This document shows, piece after piece, positions 39,880-49,692 of a stretch of 64,000 bases of DNA. Below the pieces are notes generated by a model. It searched no databases. It was not told the origin of the DNA and saw only the letters and a list, made by a program, of their open reading frames with translations. The stretch lies in the IMG/VR virus record IMGVR_UViG_3300021400_003144. One strand, 5' to 3'. The stretch is from a virus (lineage: Duplodnaviria; Caudoviricetes). The position numbers and the translations under genes were made by a program. The stretch's first letter is position 1. Each line of letters opens with the position of its first letter.

Positions 39880-39908
39880 TTGATTTTTTAGTTAAATTGT
39901 GTTAATAT
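39880..39908 (+). promoter_or_regulatory. SigmaA-type extended -10 promoter
   Basis: TTGATT-N17-TAATAT with TGn. Confidence 0.6.
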
Positions 39909-39959
39909 AATAAAAGTAATAAATTAACAAGGATTTTTGAAAGGAATAGGAAATTAGTC

Positions 39960-40154
39960 ATGAATAGACTTGAGATAGGCAGGACATATAAAGTATTTTA
40001 TGAGGGGAAGCATATAGATACAATTAGGGTAACAAAGTTGAATTTTGGTAACTATTATGCTATAGGTCAGAGTACTGTCACTGGTCAGATGGCGAACTAT
40101 TCTTGTTTTGAGTACAGATTTCAGGATGCATGTAGCCAGATGATGTGTTATTAA
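39960..40154 (+). CDS. Small hypothetical protein
   Basis: ORF after promoter. Confidence 0.7.
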   Translation: MNRLEIGRTYKVFYEGKHIDTIRVTKLNFGNYYAIGQSTVTGQMANYSCFEYRFQDACSQMMCY

Positions 40155-40173
40155 GAATAGAAGGGTTTAAGAT

Positions 40174-40389
40174 ATGGACATAAATGATACATTACATGGT
40201 CTTGGTGAAAGAGCGGGTAAACAGTACTATATAGATTGTGATGATATTTTGTCAGCTATAAAGTATATACAGCTTTATCAGAATTATAAAGAGACTGTCA
40301 AAAATAGAATAAAGCAGGATATAGAAAATGGAGTTATAAAAATTGACTCTGGAGCAGAAATGCTATTTGCAGATTTAGAGATGGAGTAA
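40174..40389 (+). CDS. Small hypothetical protein
   Basis: Operon member. Confidence 0.7.
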   Translation: MDINDTLHGLGERAGKQYYIDCDDILSAIKYIQLYQNYKETVKNRIKQDIENGVIKIDSGAEMLFADLEME

Positions 40390-40539
40390 CATTATGGATC
40401 GTTGGGTAGTCAATATTAAAAAAGGATGACAAGCAGAAATTACAGATACATAATGATAAGAAAAAGGCTTTATTAAAGAGAGATACAGATATTGATGAAA
40501 CTAAAGTAGTTTATGTGCTTAAAGTGAAAGGTGAGAACA

Positions 40540-40869
40540 ATGGATAATGAGATAACTAGAGATAACAAAAAGTTTGCTGATATTGCAGAGCGTTTGAAAA
40601 AGCAAGGTATACATACAACTTATATATCAGATGTAGGCAGAGACCATAAGACAGGTCTCAGTTACATGAAAGATTTTGATGATATTGATGAGGAAGAGAT
40701 TATTCTACATTATGATAATGAGTCTGGATATTATACTGTAGGTCTCTTATTAAGAGACAATGGATATTCATGTTTTGCATCATCTTCTGAGGAAGATGCT
40801 GTCAAAGAGTTCATAAATCAAATAAATATGCTGAATGAGCAGGATGAAGATGTTGAGAAAGCTGATTAA
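40540..40869 (+). CDS. Hypothetical acidic protein
   Basis: ATG after AAGGTGAG. Confidence 0.75.
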   Translation: MDNEITRDNKKFADIAERLKKQGIHTTYISDVGRDHKTGLSYMKDFDDIDEEEIILHYDNESGYYTVGLLLRDNGYSCFASSSEEDAVKEFINQINMLNEQDEDVEKAD

Positions 40870-40902
40870 CTGATTAGATATAGATACTATAATAAAAATT
40901 AG

Positions 40903-40929
40903 AGCCATGTCGGATGCGGCATGGTTTTT
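40903..40929 (+). terminator. Intrinsic terminator
   Basis: agccatgtcg gatg cggcatggttttt. Confidence 0.65.
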
Positions 40930-41041
40930 ATAATGGGTGATAGATTAGACTAGCATTGGGTTAATGTTTTAAGCTAGTTTATATTTATAGATATAAAATT
41001 AAGTTTATTTTTATGCAAGTTTGGGGGCTTATAGAACTAAT

Positions 41042-43876
41042 ATGGAAACATTTAAAAAAGTTTTAAGGTATGTATGGTTATTCATTAAATACTTTGTGGG
41101 ATCTATCATAGGATGTATAAGTGCTGTGACACAAGTTTTAGGTGGATTTTTGTCTGCTATTGCATTTATGCTAATCATATGCACAGTAGCAGGTAGCATC
41201 TTATATGTAAAGGTAAGACCTATGTTTGAAGAAGCTAGGCAGCAGGCTTATGATAAGTTATCTTCAGTAAATGAAAATTCATTTACTATGAATAGTGATA
41301 CTGAGGTATATGATGCTAATGGCAATCAAATTGGACTAATTAGTGCAGGTCATTATGAGTATGCACCTATTGATACAATTAGTAGCTATGTACAGAATGG
41401 ATATATAGCAGTTGAGGATAAGAGGTTTAAACAGCATATAGGTATTGACTATGTAAGTATAGCAAGAGCATTTGTAAGTCTTGTAAAACATAATGGAGAT
41501 ATAAAGCAGGGTGGTTCTACTATTGACCAGCAGGTAGTTAAAAATACACTTTTAACTCAGGAAAAGACATTTAGTAGAAAGCTTGTAGAAGTAATGATTG
41601 CTCCTTATATTGATAACAGATTTGGCAAGGATAAAGTGATGGAGTTCTATTGTAACACTAATTACTTCGGTCATAGATGTTATGGTATTCAGGCGGCAAG
41701 TAGATATTACTTTGGTAAAGATGCTAAAGACCTTGAAGTTTGGGAGGCAGCTTTACTTTGCAGAATAAGTAACAGTCCAAGTAATTATGACCCAGTTAAA
41801 CATCCTAGAAAAGCTATTGAGGGTAGAAACTATGTTTTAAAAGAGATGTTTGAGGATGGTTATATAGCAGAGAATGTATATAAGAAGGCTATTGAACAGC
41901 CATTGAGTATAGTTCAGGAGTATGCAGAAGGCACTAATGAAAATTATCAAACATCATATGCAATTCATTGTGCAGCACTTGAACTTATGAAGAATGATGG
42001 ATTTGAGTTTAAATATACTTTTAATAATAAAGATAGCTATGAGAAATATAGAGAGGAATACAGTAATAAATATAATGAGAAAACAGAAGAAATAAGAGCA
42101 GGTGGTTACAAGATATATACTACACTTGATAGTAATGTACAGAACTTAGTTCAGAATGACCTTGATAAGGTTTTAGATAAGTTTAGAGATGTTGATGAAA
42201 AGACAGGAAAGTTTACATTACAGGGTGCAGCTGTTGTAGTAGATAATCAATCAAACAATGTTATTGCTATTGTAGGTGGTAGAGGAACAGATGATTTATT
42301 TAATAGGGGTTACTTATCATATAGACAGCCTGGTTCAACAATAAAGCCTTTAATTGATTATGCACCAGCTTTTGATACTGGAGAGTTTAGTCCTTCAAGT
42401 AAAATAAATGATACTGAGATTGAAAATGGTCCTAGCAATTCAGGTGGTGGATATAGAGGTTGGATAACAATTAGAGAAGCATTGAATAGATCAATTAATA
42501 CAGTAGCTTGGCAGTTATTACAGAGTGTAGGTGTTGAGAATGGTATTAGTTATCTTGGAAACATGAACTTCTTAGGTATGTCTTATATTGATACTACAGC
42601 TCCAGCTATTGCAATTGGTGGTTTTACAAATGGAACAAGAGTTGTAGACATGGCTAAGGGATATAGTACATTAGCTAATTATGGAGTATACAATGATAAA
42701 ACTTGTATAAAAGATATTGAGTTTAAGGGTGGCTCAGTATATAAGCAAAAGCCAATTAGCAGAAGAGTTTACAGTGAAGATACAGCTTATATGATTACAG
42801 ATGTTCTTAAAGGAACAATGGATAAGGAGTATGGAACTGGTTATGGACTTGATATAAATGGTCAGCAAGCAGCAGGTAAGACTGGAACAACAAATGATAA
42901 TAAGGATGCTTGGTTCTGTGGATACACTAGATATTATACAACAGCAGTTTGGATGGGTTATGATAATCCTAAGAAAATGACTGGTATCTATGGTGCAACA
43001 TATGCAGGTAAGATTTGGCAGGATATTATGACAGGCTTGCATAGTGAATTACCTGAGTGGGATTGGGAAAGACCTGATACAGTTTATGAAGCTAACTATA
43101 ATGAACAGGGTAAGGAAACTGAAGCTGAGACAGGACTCAGAGATTTGTTTAGTAGTAATGCTAAGAACAGGTTAGATGAGCTAATGAATGAAAGAAGAGA
43201 AAATGCTATTTATGAAGAAGCTGAAAAGAGTGTTGCAGAGTATGAGCATTGGTACATCAATACTGTTGAGGATACAGAGTTAATTGATGAGAAGTACAAT
43301 ACAGCTATAAATGAAGCTTGCAGAGTTGAGGATAATGTAAAGAGAAGTGGTCTTTTAGAGAGAGTAAATAATCATAAGGACGAGATTGATAAGTCTATGA
43401 TATCTTGGAGAGATGCAATAGAGATATTTAACAAGAATAAGGAAGATGAAGAAGAGGCTAGACTTATTAGAGAGTCTGAGGAGGCTGAAGAGAATAGGCA
43501 GAAGATTGAAAAGGAACAGAAGATTGAAAGATTTAAGAACTGTTTAAATAGATTTGCTAATGCTGAGTATCAGGACACAGCTAATTATAGTACTTACATT
43601 GGAGAGGCTAGACAAGCTCTTGATGAATGCAGAGAGTACAATGAGTATGTAGGTTTAAGTGATGAACTTAAGAACGCTATAGAAAGATATAACTCATTAC
43701 CTACATATGATGAATGGTACTTAGAGCAGTCTAGAATTGAAGAGAGTCAGAGAGCTGAGGAAGAAAGACTTAAGGAAGAGGCTGATGAGTCACTTAGACA
43801 GCAGATGATTACAGGTCCTTCAGGTAATTCAGATACTTCAGATACTTATGGTCCTTCAGTTGGAAGTTACGAGTAA
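41042..43876 (+). CDS. Class A penicillin-binding protein (PBP1A family transglycosylase-transpeptidase) with coiled-coil C-terminal extension
   Basis: TM anchor; GT51 motifs EDKRFKQHIG, GGSTIDQQ, RKLVE; TP motifs STIK (SxxK), SIN (SxN), KTG. Confidence 0.95.
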   Translation: METFKKVLRYVWLFIKYFVGSIIGCISAVTQVLGGFLSAIAFMLIICTVAGSILYVKVRPMFEEARQQAYDKLSSVNENSFTMNSDTEVYDANGNQIGLISAGHYEYAPIDTISSYVQNGYIAVEDKRFKQHIGIDYVSIARAFVSLVKHNGDIKQGGSTIDQQVVKNTLLTQEKTFSRKLVEVMIAPYIDNRFGKDKVMEFYCNTNYFGHRCYGIQAASRYYFGKDAKDLEVWEAALLCRISNSPSNYDPVKHPRKAIEGRNYVLKEMFEDGYIAENVYKKAIEQPLSIVQEYAEGTNENYQTSYAIHCAALELMKNDGFEFKYTFNNKDSYEKYREEYSNKYNEKTEEIRAGGYKIYTTLDSNVQNLVQNDLDKVLDKFRDVDEKTGKFTLQGAAVVVDNQSNNVIAIVGGRGTDDLFNRGYLSYRQPGSTIKPLIDYAPAFDTGEFSPSSKINDTEIENGPSNSGGGYRGWITIREALNRSINTVAWQLLQSVGVENGISYLGNMNFLGMSYIDTTAPAIAIGGFTNGTRVVDMAKGYSTLANYGVYNDKTCIKDIEFKGGSVYKQKPISRRVYSEDTAYMITDVLKGTMDKEYGTGYGLDINGQQAAGKTGTTNDNKDAWFCGYTRYYTTAVWMGYDNPKKMTGIYGATYAGKIWQDIMTGLHSELPEWDWERPDTVYEANYNEQGKETEAETGLRDLFSSNAKNRLDELMNERRENAIYEEAEKSVAEYEHWYINTVEDTELIDEKYNTAINEACRVEDNVKRSGLLERVNNHKDEIDKSMISWRDAIEIFNKNKEDEEEARLIRESEEAEENRQKIEKEQKIERFKNCLNRFANAEYQDTANYSTYIGEARQALDECREYNEYVGLSDELKNAIERYNSLPTYDEWYLEQSRIEESQRAEEERLKEEADESLRQQMITGPSGNSDTSDTYGPSVGSYE

Positions 43877-43908
43877 ACAGGAGTGAGTTAAGAACAAACA
43901 GTTAAAGT

Positions 43909-43945
43909 TAAGAGTGTAGCAAAGAGTTAAAGAGCTACACTCTTA
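43909..43945 (+). terminator. Inverted repeat, probable terminator
   Basis: taagagtgtagc...gctacactctta. Confidence 0.65.
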
Positions 43946-43996
43946 ATATAAGATAAATAGGTCAATTGGAGTTTAGAGTTTATTGGAGGAAATGAA

Positions 43997-44425
43997 ATGA
44001 ATCATGGTGATATTGAATTATTCAAGTCAGATGATACTATTAGTCCTGATGATTATATGGATGATGCTGAGTATGAAGAGTATCTAGGGAATATAAAGAG
44101 TAAGACAGACACTGATATAAAAAATGATGCAGTAGATGATAAAGATAAGGCAGAGGATAAAGATAAAATAGAGGATAAAGATAGTAACATAGCTATTCAG
44201 GATTGGTTATTAACAATATTGTTAATTAACATTCCTTTTATAGGATTGATACCATGTATTTATATGATATTCAGTAGAGGAAGTAACAATATTAAGAAGA
44301 GATTCTGTAAGGCATGGCTAATATATCAGTTAATATTATTTGTAATAACATTTATATTTATGTATATAGGAGTTAATGTAGTGGCTAATGTAATTAATGA
44401 TTTTTTAATTAGTATTGGTCATTAA
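43997..44425 (+). CDS. Membrane protein with acidic N-terminus
   Basis: DWLLTILLINIPFIGLI...FCKAWLI TM helices; GGAGG RBS. Confidence 0.8.
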   Translation: MNHGDIELFKSDDTISPDDYMDDAEYEEYLGNIKSKTDTDIKNDAVDDKDKAEDKDKIEDKDSNIAIQDWLLTILLINIPFIGLIPCIYMIFSRGSNNIKKRFCKAWLIYQLILFVITFIFMYIGVNVVANVINDFLISIGH

Positions 44426-44746
44426 AAGCATGTGGGTTTAATGAGTAGACTGTGTTAATATTTAAGCTAATACAGTTAGTTAAAAAGATTATCAACTCAA
44501 AGCTAAGATTAATAGTTAGAGTGATTAATTTTAGGGAGTTAGGTGATGTAAAATATCTTATATTAAAAATAAGATATTCTGTGAAGTAATTTTAGTGGTT
44601 CTGTTATATGTAATTTTCAAAATTTAAAAAAATCTAAAATTTTGAAAGTTTAACATACATATAAAATAATGGGGGTGAGGCCTTTGTACTAGAGAAGTTT
44701 GTTTATATAATATAGTAACTGTTGGTTTGAATTTATATATTGGGGG

Positions 44747-45763
44747 ATGCATAATATGCAGAGGTACAATGTTAGGCTCAAAGACAGAGTTGTTGATGTG
44801 TCAAAGCCCACTGGTTCAGCTGTAGTTATCAAAGTTCCTTATAAGGATATTGATAAGGAAGAATATACAGACAATAAATTTGTTGTGTATTTTCTTGTAA
44901 GTGGTAAGAGTATACATATTTGTTATTCAAGGAACGGTATACAAGGAAGAGATAGAGCAGCTGAGAATGGTAGAGTATGGGAAGATGTCTATATAGTTAC
45001 TCAGCTAAAGGAAAATTCTTTCTTTAACTCAGCAATTATAGAGCACATAGCAAACAAGTTTGTAGAAATTGTTAAGACTATAAGTAATTTTGAATGTGAC
45101 AATACAGTTGCAAATGAATCAGATGTTCCTATAAGTGGATTTGAATTAGATAACTGTAAAGAATATGTTGATGAAGTTTATGACATGTTATATTCTATAG
45201 GTCTTAATCTTGAAAGTGCAAGCATATCTAATTTAGATGGAGACAAGTCAACTGAACCTAGTAAGACAGCTAAGTCTAAGACAAAAGAATCTAAGACAGT
45301 TAAAAATGAAGATATTGTTGTAGAAGCAAATAATGAAGCAGCTTCTAATAGGTTAATGACTAAACAGGATGCTGAAGATCTTGCAAATATGATTAGTGGA
45401 ACACCAGTTGAGAAGTCTTTCTATGAGGATGCTCCTGAGGTTGAAAATTGTTTCTATCTTAAGAAAAGAATGAACGACACTAATGAAGATGTTGAAGCTA
45501 GAATGATTATGGAAGATGGAAAGTTTATTGTACTTGCAGGTGCTAAGTTAAATCCTGTAGTAGCTAAGAGTCTTGAAAATACCATTGGTAAAGCAAGACG
45601 TGAAGCTGACATAATGAACAATGTTCTTATGAGTGATTTTATAGCTGACACTTGTATGATAGCTTCAAATTTTGTAACAGGAACATTTTCTAATGGTATG
45701 CTAGAGTGGAAAGATAAGGATGGCAATCCTTTAAGAGACACTCTTAAAAAGTTAAGTGCATAA
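44747..45763 (+). CDS. Degenerate GIY-YIG-like + DUF4357 (RAMA) domain protein
   Basis: C-terminal ARM..DGKFIVLAGA...ASNFVTG..SNGMLEWKDKDG.PL; N-terminal VVYFL..IHICYS. Confidence 0.7.
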   Translation: MHNMQRYNVRLKDRVVDVSKPTGSAVVIKVPYKDIDKEEYTDNKFVVYFLVSGKSIHICYSRNGIQGRDRAAENGRVWEDVYIVTQLKENSFFNSAIIEHIANKFVEIVKTISNFECDNTVANESDVPISGFELDNCKEYVDEVYDMLYSIGLNLESASISNLDGDKSTEPSKTAKSKTKESKTVKNEDIVVEANNEAASNRLMTKQDAEDLANMISGTPVEKSFYEDAPEVENCFYLKKRMNDTNEDVEARMIMEDGKFIVLAGAKLNPVVAKSLENTIGKARREADIMNNVLMSDFIADTCMIASNFVTGTFSNGMLEWKDKDGNPLRDTLKKLSA

Positions 45764-45784
45764 GAAATTAAACTGAATACTGAG

Positions 45785-45840
45785 AACGGGTTGTACTTTA
45801 GTATTAATTGCAAAAATACTAACTATAACCCGTTATTTTT
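45785..45840 (+). terminator. Intrinsic terminator
   Basis: aacgggttgta...tataacccgttattttt. Confidence 0.65.
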
Positions 45841-45889
45841 ATGCTAGTTGATAGTTATAGGTATAATAGGGATATTTGGAGGTGTTGTT

Positions 45890-47758
45890 GTGTCAGGGAA
45901 GTACGTTTATTTAAAACAATACAATGAGCTTGAAGTACTAGCAGCAAATAGGATATATAACAAGGTGGCAAAACAGGAGGCTACTGGAAGTAAGAATTTT
46001 GTGCCTATTAAAGATGAAGAAGTCATGGCATTTAAAAAGGTAAAGCTTAATACAGATAAGATAAGGATGTTTAATTTGTATGGAGATAACATTGTAGATA
46101 TGATGCCTTATATTATAAATTATTTTCAGCGTCACATTGTGTATATGGACTATGTACTTGGATTAAATGGTAGAGACATTATTAGAGAATTAGGATACAG
46201 TGAGGAAACCATTACAGAAGATATAAAGAGGTTTATTAATAATGAGCTTGATTTTGAATCTGATGGAAAATATAAGTATTCTGATAAAACTAGTGATTGT
46301 TGTGTAAGTTATTGTTCTACATTCAGTGTAATTCAGGCTTTTGGATTTAATGTATACACAAGATTTAATGGTGATAATACTGAAGAAAATGCTAGTACTA
46401 AAGGTCGTGTTAATTTGTTAAGAGTAATAGCATTTATGGCTCCTGTGTATCTTATTAAGCATCCTAGTAAGCTTATTTCTTTGATATTAGACTATAACTA
46501 TTATTCAATGATACGTGGACTAGAAAGAGGAAATACTGATGAGTTTGTGGATATTGATATAACATATATAGATAAAACATATGAGTTCATAAATAGCTAT
46601 GTACAATTATGGTCAATCAATATATTAAAGAGTATAAGCAATAGTAAAGATAGAGTTATAATGGGTTTAACTAGCAAACAGCTAGATGAACTTGAGTCTA
46701 GATATAGAGAGACTATAGAAAAGACTTATAAGCGAGGTTCATATCTGAAGAAGCTAATGCATGGTAAGATAACTGTAGTTGAATACATTGATAATAGAAT
46801 GTTGGCGTATAAGACTAGACGTTCAGACTATACATGTGAACAACTTATACTATTTTCAAAGGATATTAATAATAAGATTCATATAGAGAAACTTCTAAAA
46901 TATCTAAATAGTCAATATATAACAGATATAGTTGAGCGTGCAAGCTATAGAATAAGCAATTTGTATTATCTTATAAGCTTGTGTGGTACATTGAATAGCA
47001 AGATGTTATCAGAGATAGGTAGTGGTAATGCTCTTAATGAATTTAAGGATAAACTAAAGAAAGCTAATAGTGAGATAGAGAGTTTAAATGATTCTTTAAG
47101 TAAAGAACGTATTAAGACATCTAATTTCAGAGAGAAAAGTAAGGGTTTAGAGAATGAGCTTGCAAAGATTAAGAATACCTATGTACCTAAAGAACAGACT
47201 TCTAAATATGTAGAGGAAATCAAGAGTAAATCAGAGGAAATCAAGAGATTAACGAATGAGCTTAATGAAGCTCATAAGAGTCTTGAGAGTAAGACAAAAG
47301 ACTATTCTGAAATTGCTAAACAGAATAAGAAACTGAAAAATACACTTGATAACTATATAAAGACATTTGGTGAATTAGAGGATAGCTCTGAAGAAGAAAC
47401 TGATGAGTTTAATACTAAATTAAATGGGTCTAGTGATATATCTTATGAAAGTAAAATAGAGTATTTAAAGTTATTTAAGATACTTCTTTGTGGTGGAAAT
47501 GATAGCGTATACAATGTGTTAGTTGATAAGACAGGTTTGGATTTATTGTTTGTCAATAAAGAGAATAGTGTATCTGCTAATGCTAAGTTTGATATATGTG
47601 TTATTTTAACTACTATGAGTAGTCATTCTGTCATTGAAAAAGTTAGTAATAGAGCTGTTAGTAGTGGAGCTGAAATCATTTATTTTGAGGGTTCTAATCA
47701 TAATAAACTTATTAATACATTATATGATAGAATGTATAAGATTTATGGAGAGATTTAA
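45890..47758 (+). CDS. Coiled-coil protein with C-terminal DUF2325-like domain
   Basis: KILLCGG...DICVILTTMSSHS...IIYFEGSN; GTG after GGAGG. Confidence 0.65.
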   Translation: MSGKYVYLKQYNELEVLAANRIYNKVAKQEATGSKNFVPIKDEEVMAFKKVKLNTDKIRMFNLYGDNIVDMMPYIINYFQRHIVYMDYVLGLNGRDIIRELGYSEETITEDIKRFINNELDFESDGKYKYSDKTSDCCVSYCSTFSVIQAFGFNVYTRFNGDNTEENASTKGRVNLLRVIAFMAPVYLIKHPSKLISLILDYNYYSMIRGLERGNTDEFVDIDITYIDKTYEFINSYVQLWSINILKSISNSKDRVIMGLTSKQLDELESRYRETIEKTYKRGSYLKKLMHGKITVVEYIDNRMLAYKTRRSDYTCEQLILFSKDINNKIHIEKLLKYLNSQYITDIVERASYRISNLYYLISLCGTLNSKMLSEIGSGNALNEFKDKLKKANSEIESLNDSLSKERIKTSNFREKSKGLENELAKIKNTYVPKEQTSKYVEEIKSKSEEIKRLTNELNEAHKSLESKTKDYSEIAKQNKKLKNTLDNYIKTFGELEDSSEEETDEFNTKLNGSSDISYESKIEYLKLFKILLCGGNDSVYNVLVDKTGLDLLFVNKENSVSANAKFDICVILTTMSSHSVIEKVSNRAVSSGAEIIYFEGSNHNKLINTLYDRMYKIYGEI

Positions 47759-47761
47759 GAT

Positions 47762-48175
47762 ATGGCTATGACTCAAGCAAGTGTTAGGCAAAGGTTTATA
47801 AAGGCAAATCCGGGTGTTAGGTTGCCTGGGAAAAAGGGTTATTGGTATAGATGTGCATTATGTGGAAGATGGTGTGGCAGACCTGGAAATGAAAATGCTC
47901 ATATACCAGATGATATAAAGATGGAAGTTGACCATATAGTGCCTTGGAGTAAAGGTGGGAGTGATAAAGTTTATAACTTACAGCCTTTGTGTAAGAGATG
48001 TAACAGAGGAAAAGGTAATAGAGAAACAGTTAGAGACTCAGGTAAAGCTGTTGTGAATACAGTGTTACATCCAATAGATAGTTTAGTACTTGGAAAGATT
48101 AGAGCTGAGGAAAGGAAGTTCGGCAGAAAGCATAAGATTATACGTGATTTATTTGGTATAGGAAAAAGGGGTTAA
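47762..48175 (+). CDS. HNH endonuclease
   Basis: CALCG...EVDHIVPWSKGGSDKVYNLQPLCKRCNRGK. Confidence 0.92.
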   Translation: MAMTQASVRQRFIKANPGVRLPGKKGYWYRCALCGRWCGRPGNENAHIPDDIKMEVDHIVPWSKGGSDKVYNLQPLCKRCNRGKGNRETVRDSGKAVVNTVLHPIDSLVLGKIRAEERKFGRKHKIIRDLFGIGKRG

Positions 48176-48182
48176 ATTTTTA

Positions 48183-48211
48183 TTGATTTTATATAAATTT
48201 TATGATATAAT
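48183..48211 (+). promoter_or_regulatory. SigmaA-type extended -10 promoter
   Basis: TTGATT-N17-TATAAT with TGn. Confidence 0.75.
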
Positions 48212-48242
48212 ATTTTAGAATTAATATTTGGGGGATGTTGAT

Positions 48243-48731
48243 GTGAAAGTTGTATTAAACAATAAGAGCGATGTAGAAGCTAATGAGCAGATTTTTATAA
48301 ACAATATGTTTGATAAGCTGTCTGACTATTTATCAGATATAGTGCATGTATGTGTTAAGAGAGAAGATAAATATAAAATAGATGCATATGTAAATGTAAA
48401 TAAAGACAGTATTATTAGAGCGGAGGCTATAGAGAATACCTTAGAGGAAGCAGTTGTTAACTGTATGTATAAGTTGAGAGATAAGATTGATGATTATAGT
48501 ACAGTTGAGTTTAAAAGGTGTACAACTGAGTATCAACATGAACATAGAGTGTGCAGGCATAAGACAATATATCCTGTGGTGATGAGTATTGAAGAAGCTA
48601 TTGAGGAAATGAATAACTCAGAACATGATTTTTATGGGTTCATCAATAAATTAGAGTCAGGCAAAGAAGTTCCAGCTATAGTTTATAGAAGAAAATCAGG
48701 TGGCTTTGGGTATATAAATATGGCTTGCTAG
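48243..48731 (+). CDS. hpf: Long-form ribosome hibernation promoting factor (HPF/S30AE) homolog
   Basis: IRAEA..TLEEAV...KL; C-terminal MSIEEAIEEM..SEHDFYGF...IVYRRKSGGFGYI; start 48228 or 48243. Confidence 0.8.
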   Translation: MKVVLNNKSDVEANEQIFINNMFDKLSDYLSDIVHVCVKREDKYKIDAYVNVNKDSIIRAEAIENTLEEAVVNCMYKLRDKIDDYSTVEFKRCTTEYQHEHRVCRHKTIYPVVMSIEEAIEEMNNSEHDFYGFINKLESGKEVPAIVYRRKSGGFGYINMAC

Positions 48732-48742
48732 GTGGTAAAGAT

Positions 48743-49282
48743 ATGAAGTATATTGTAACATATGGTTTTTCAGATAGGTCTGGAATATTATATGAGCCTA
48801 TGAGTGGTTTAAGTAAGTATTGTACAGAGAGTGCTATAGTTAAGTTAGCTAAGGACAATTATATTATAGGAGCATTTGTAGATACTAAACATAGCCGTGT
48901 AGATAAATTACAACCTTATGATTTTATAAAATTTGAAAATTTGAATAGTGCATATGAATATTGTTATGAACATTCAATAGATATAGGTGAGGTTGAGTTT
49001 ATAAATGATGATTACTTTGTATTCTTTAAGAAAAGCATATATGGAATTGAATATGCTATAGTATCTTATAGAGGTGAGCCTAACATGATTGATTATGCAA
49101 CATATGTAGCTCGTAAGGGATATACAAATTATCTAAGTTCAGCAGTGACTTTTGATAAAGATGCAGCTTATAAGAAAGTAGCAAGAATGAATAGCAAAGG
49201 AACACGTAAGTGGGAAGTTATAGCTCTAGTGATAACCTATGGAAGAGTAATGAGATTAATAGATATACTTAGACGGTGTTAA
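48743..49282 (+). CDS. Hypothetical protein
   Basis: ATG after AGGTGG. Confidence 0.75.
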   Translation: MKYIVTYGFSDRSGILYEPMSGLSKYCTESAIVKLAKDNYIIGAFVDTKHSRVDKLQPYDFIKFENLNSAYEYCYEHSIDIGEVEFINDDYFVFFKKSIYGIEYAIVSYRGEPNMIDYATYVARKGYTNYLSSAVTFDKDAAYKKVARMNSKGTRKWEVIALVITYGRVMRLIDILRRC

Positions 49283-49674
49283 AGAAGCATAAGGAAGAAT
49301 TGAAGGGATATATGTTTGAGTGTTTAAATGACATAGAGTGTTTAAAAGGTATCAAATGGATAAAGAAGTTTAGCTCTTGTAAAGAATTAGGTTGCTATAA
49401 AGCAAGTGAGTATATGAAAAATGAGTTTGTAGAACCTGAAGAACTTATGAAGATATTCATGGAGAGTGTTGAGTTATACAATAAGTTTTTAGAGCTAAAC
49501 ATATTAACAAAAATTAATGAAGGCAATATTGATAAATATATAAAAGCTATAGGCTATACAGATAAGATGGTAGACATCTATGCTAGTAAGATTGAGCATT
49601 CTGAAATGAAAGAGGGCTTAACTGATGAGCAGAAGAAAAGTATATGTGCCAGATTAGTTTATGAATATATTTAA
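49276..49674 (+). CDS. Hypothetical protein
   Basis: Overlaps upstream gene. Confidence 0.7.
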   Translation: MLKKHKEELKGYMFECLNDIECLKGIKWIKKFSSCKELGCYKASEYMKNEFVEPEELMKIFMESVELYNKFLELNILTKINEGNIDKYIKAIGYTDKMVDIYASKIEHSEMKEGLTDEQKKSICARLVYEYI

Positions 49675-49692
49675 TAGAAAGGAAATAATACT

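Noticed and set aside
47762-48175. HNH as an intron-encoded homing endonuclease
   Set aside because: It is free-standing between intact-looking genes with no split host gene.
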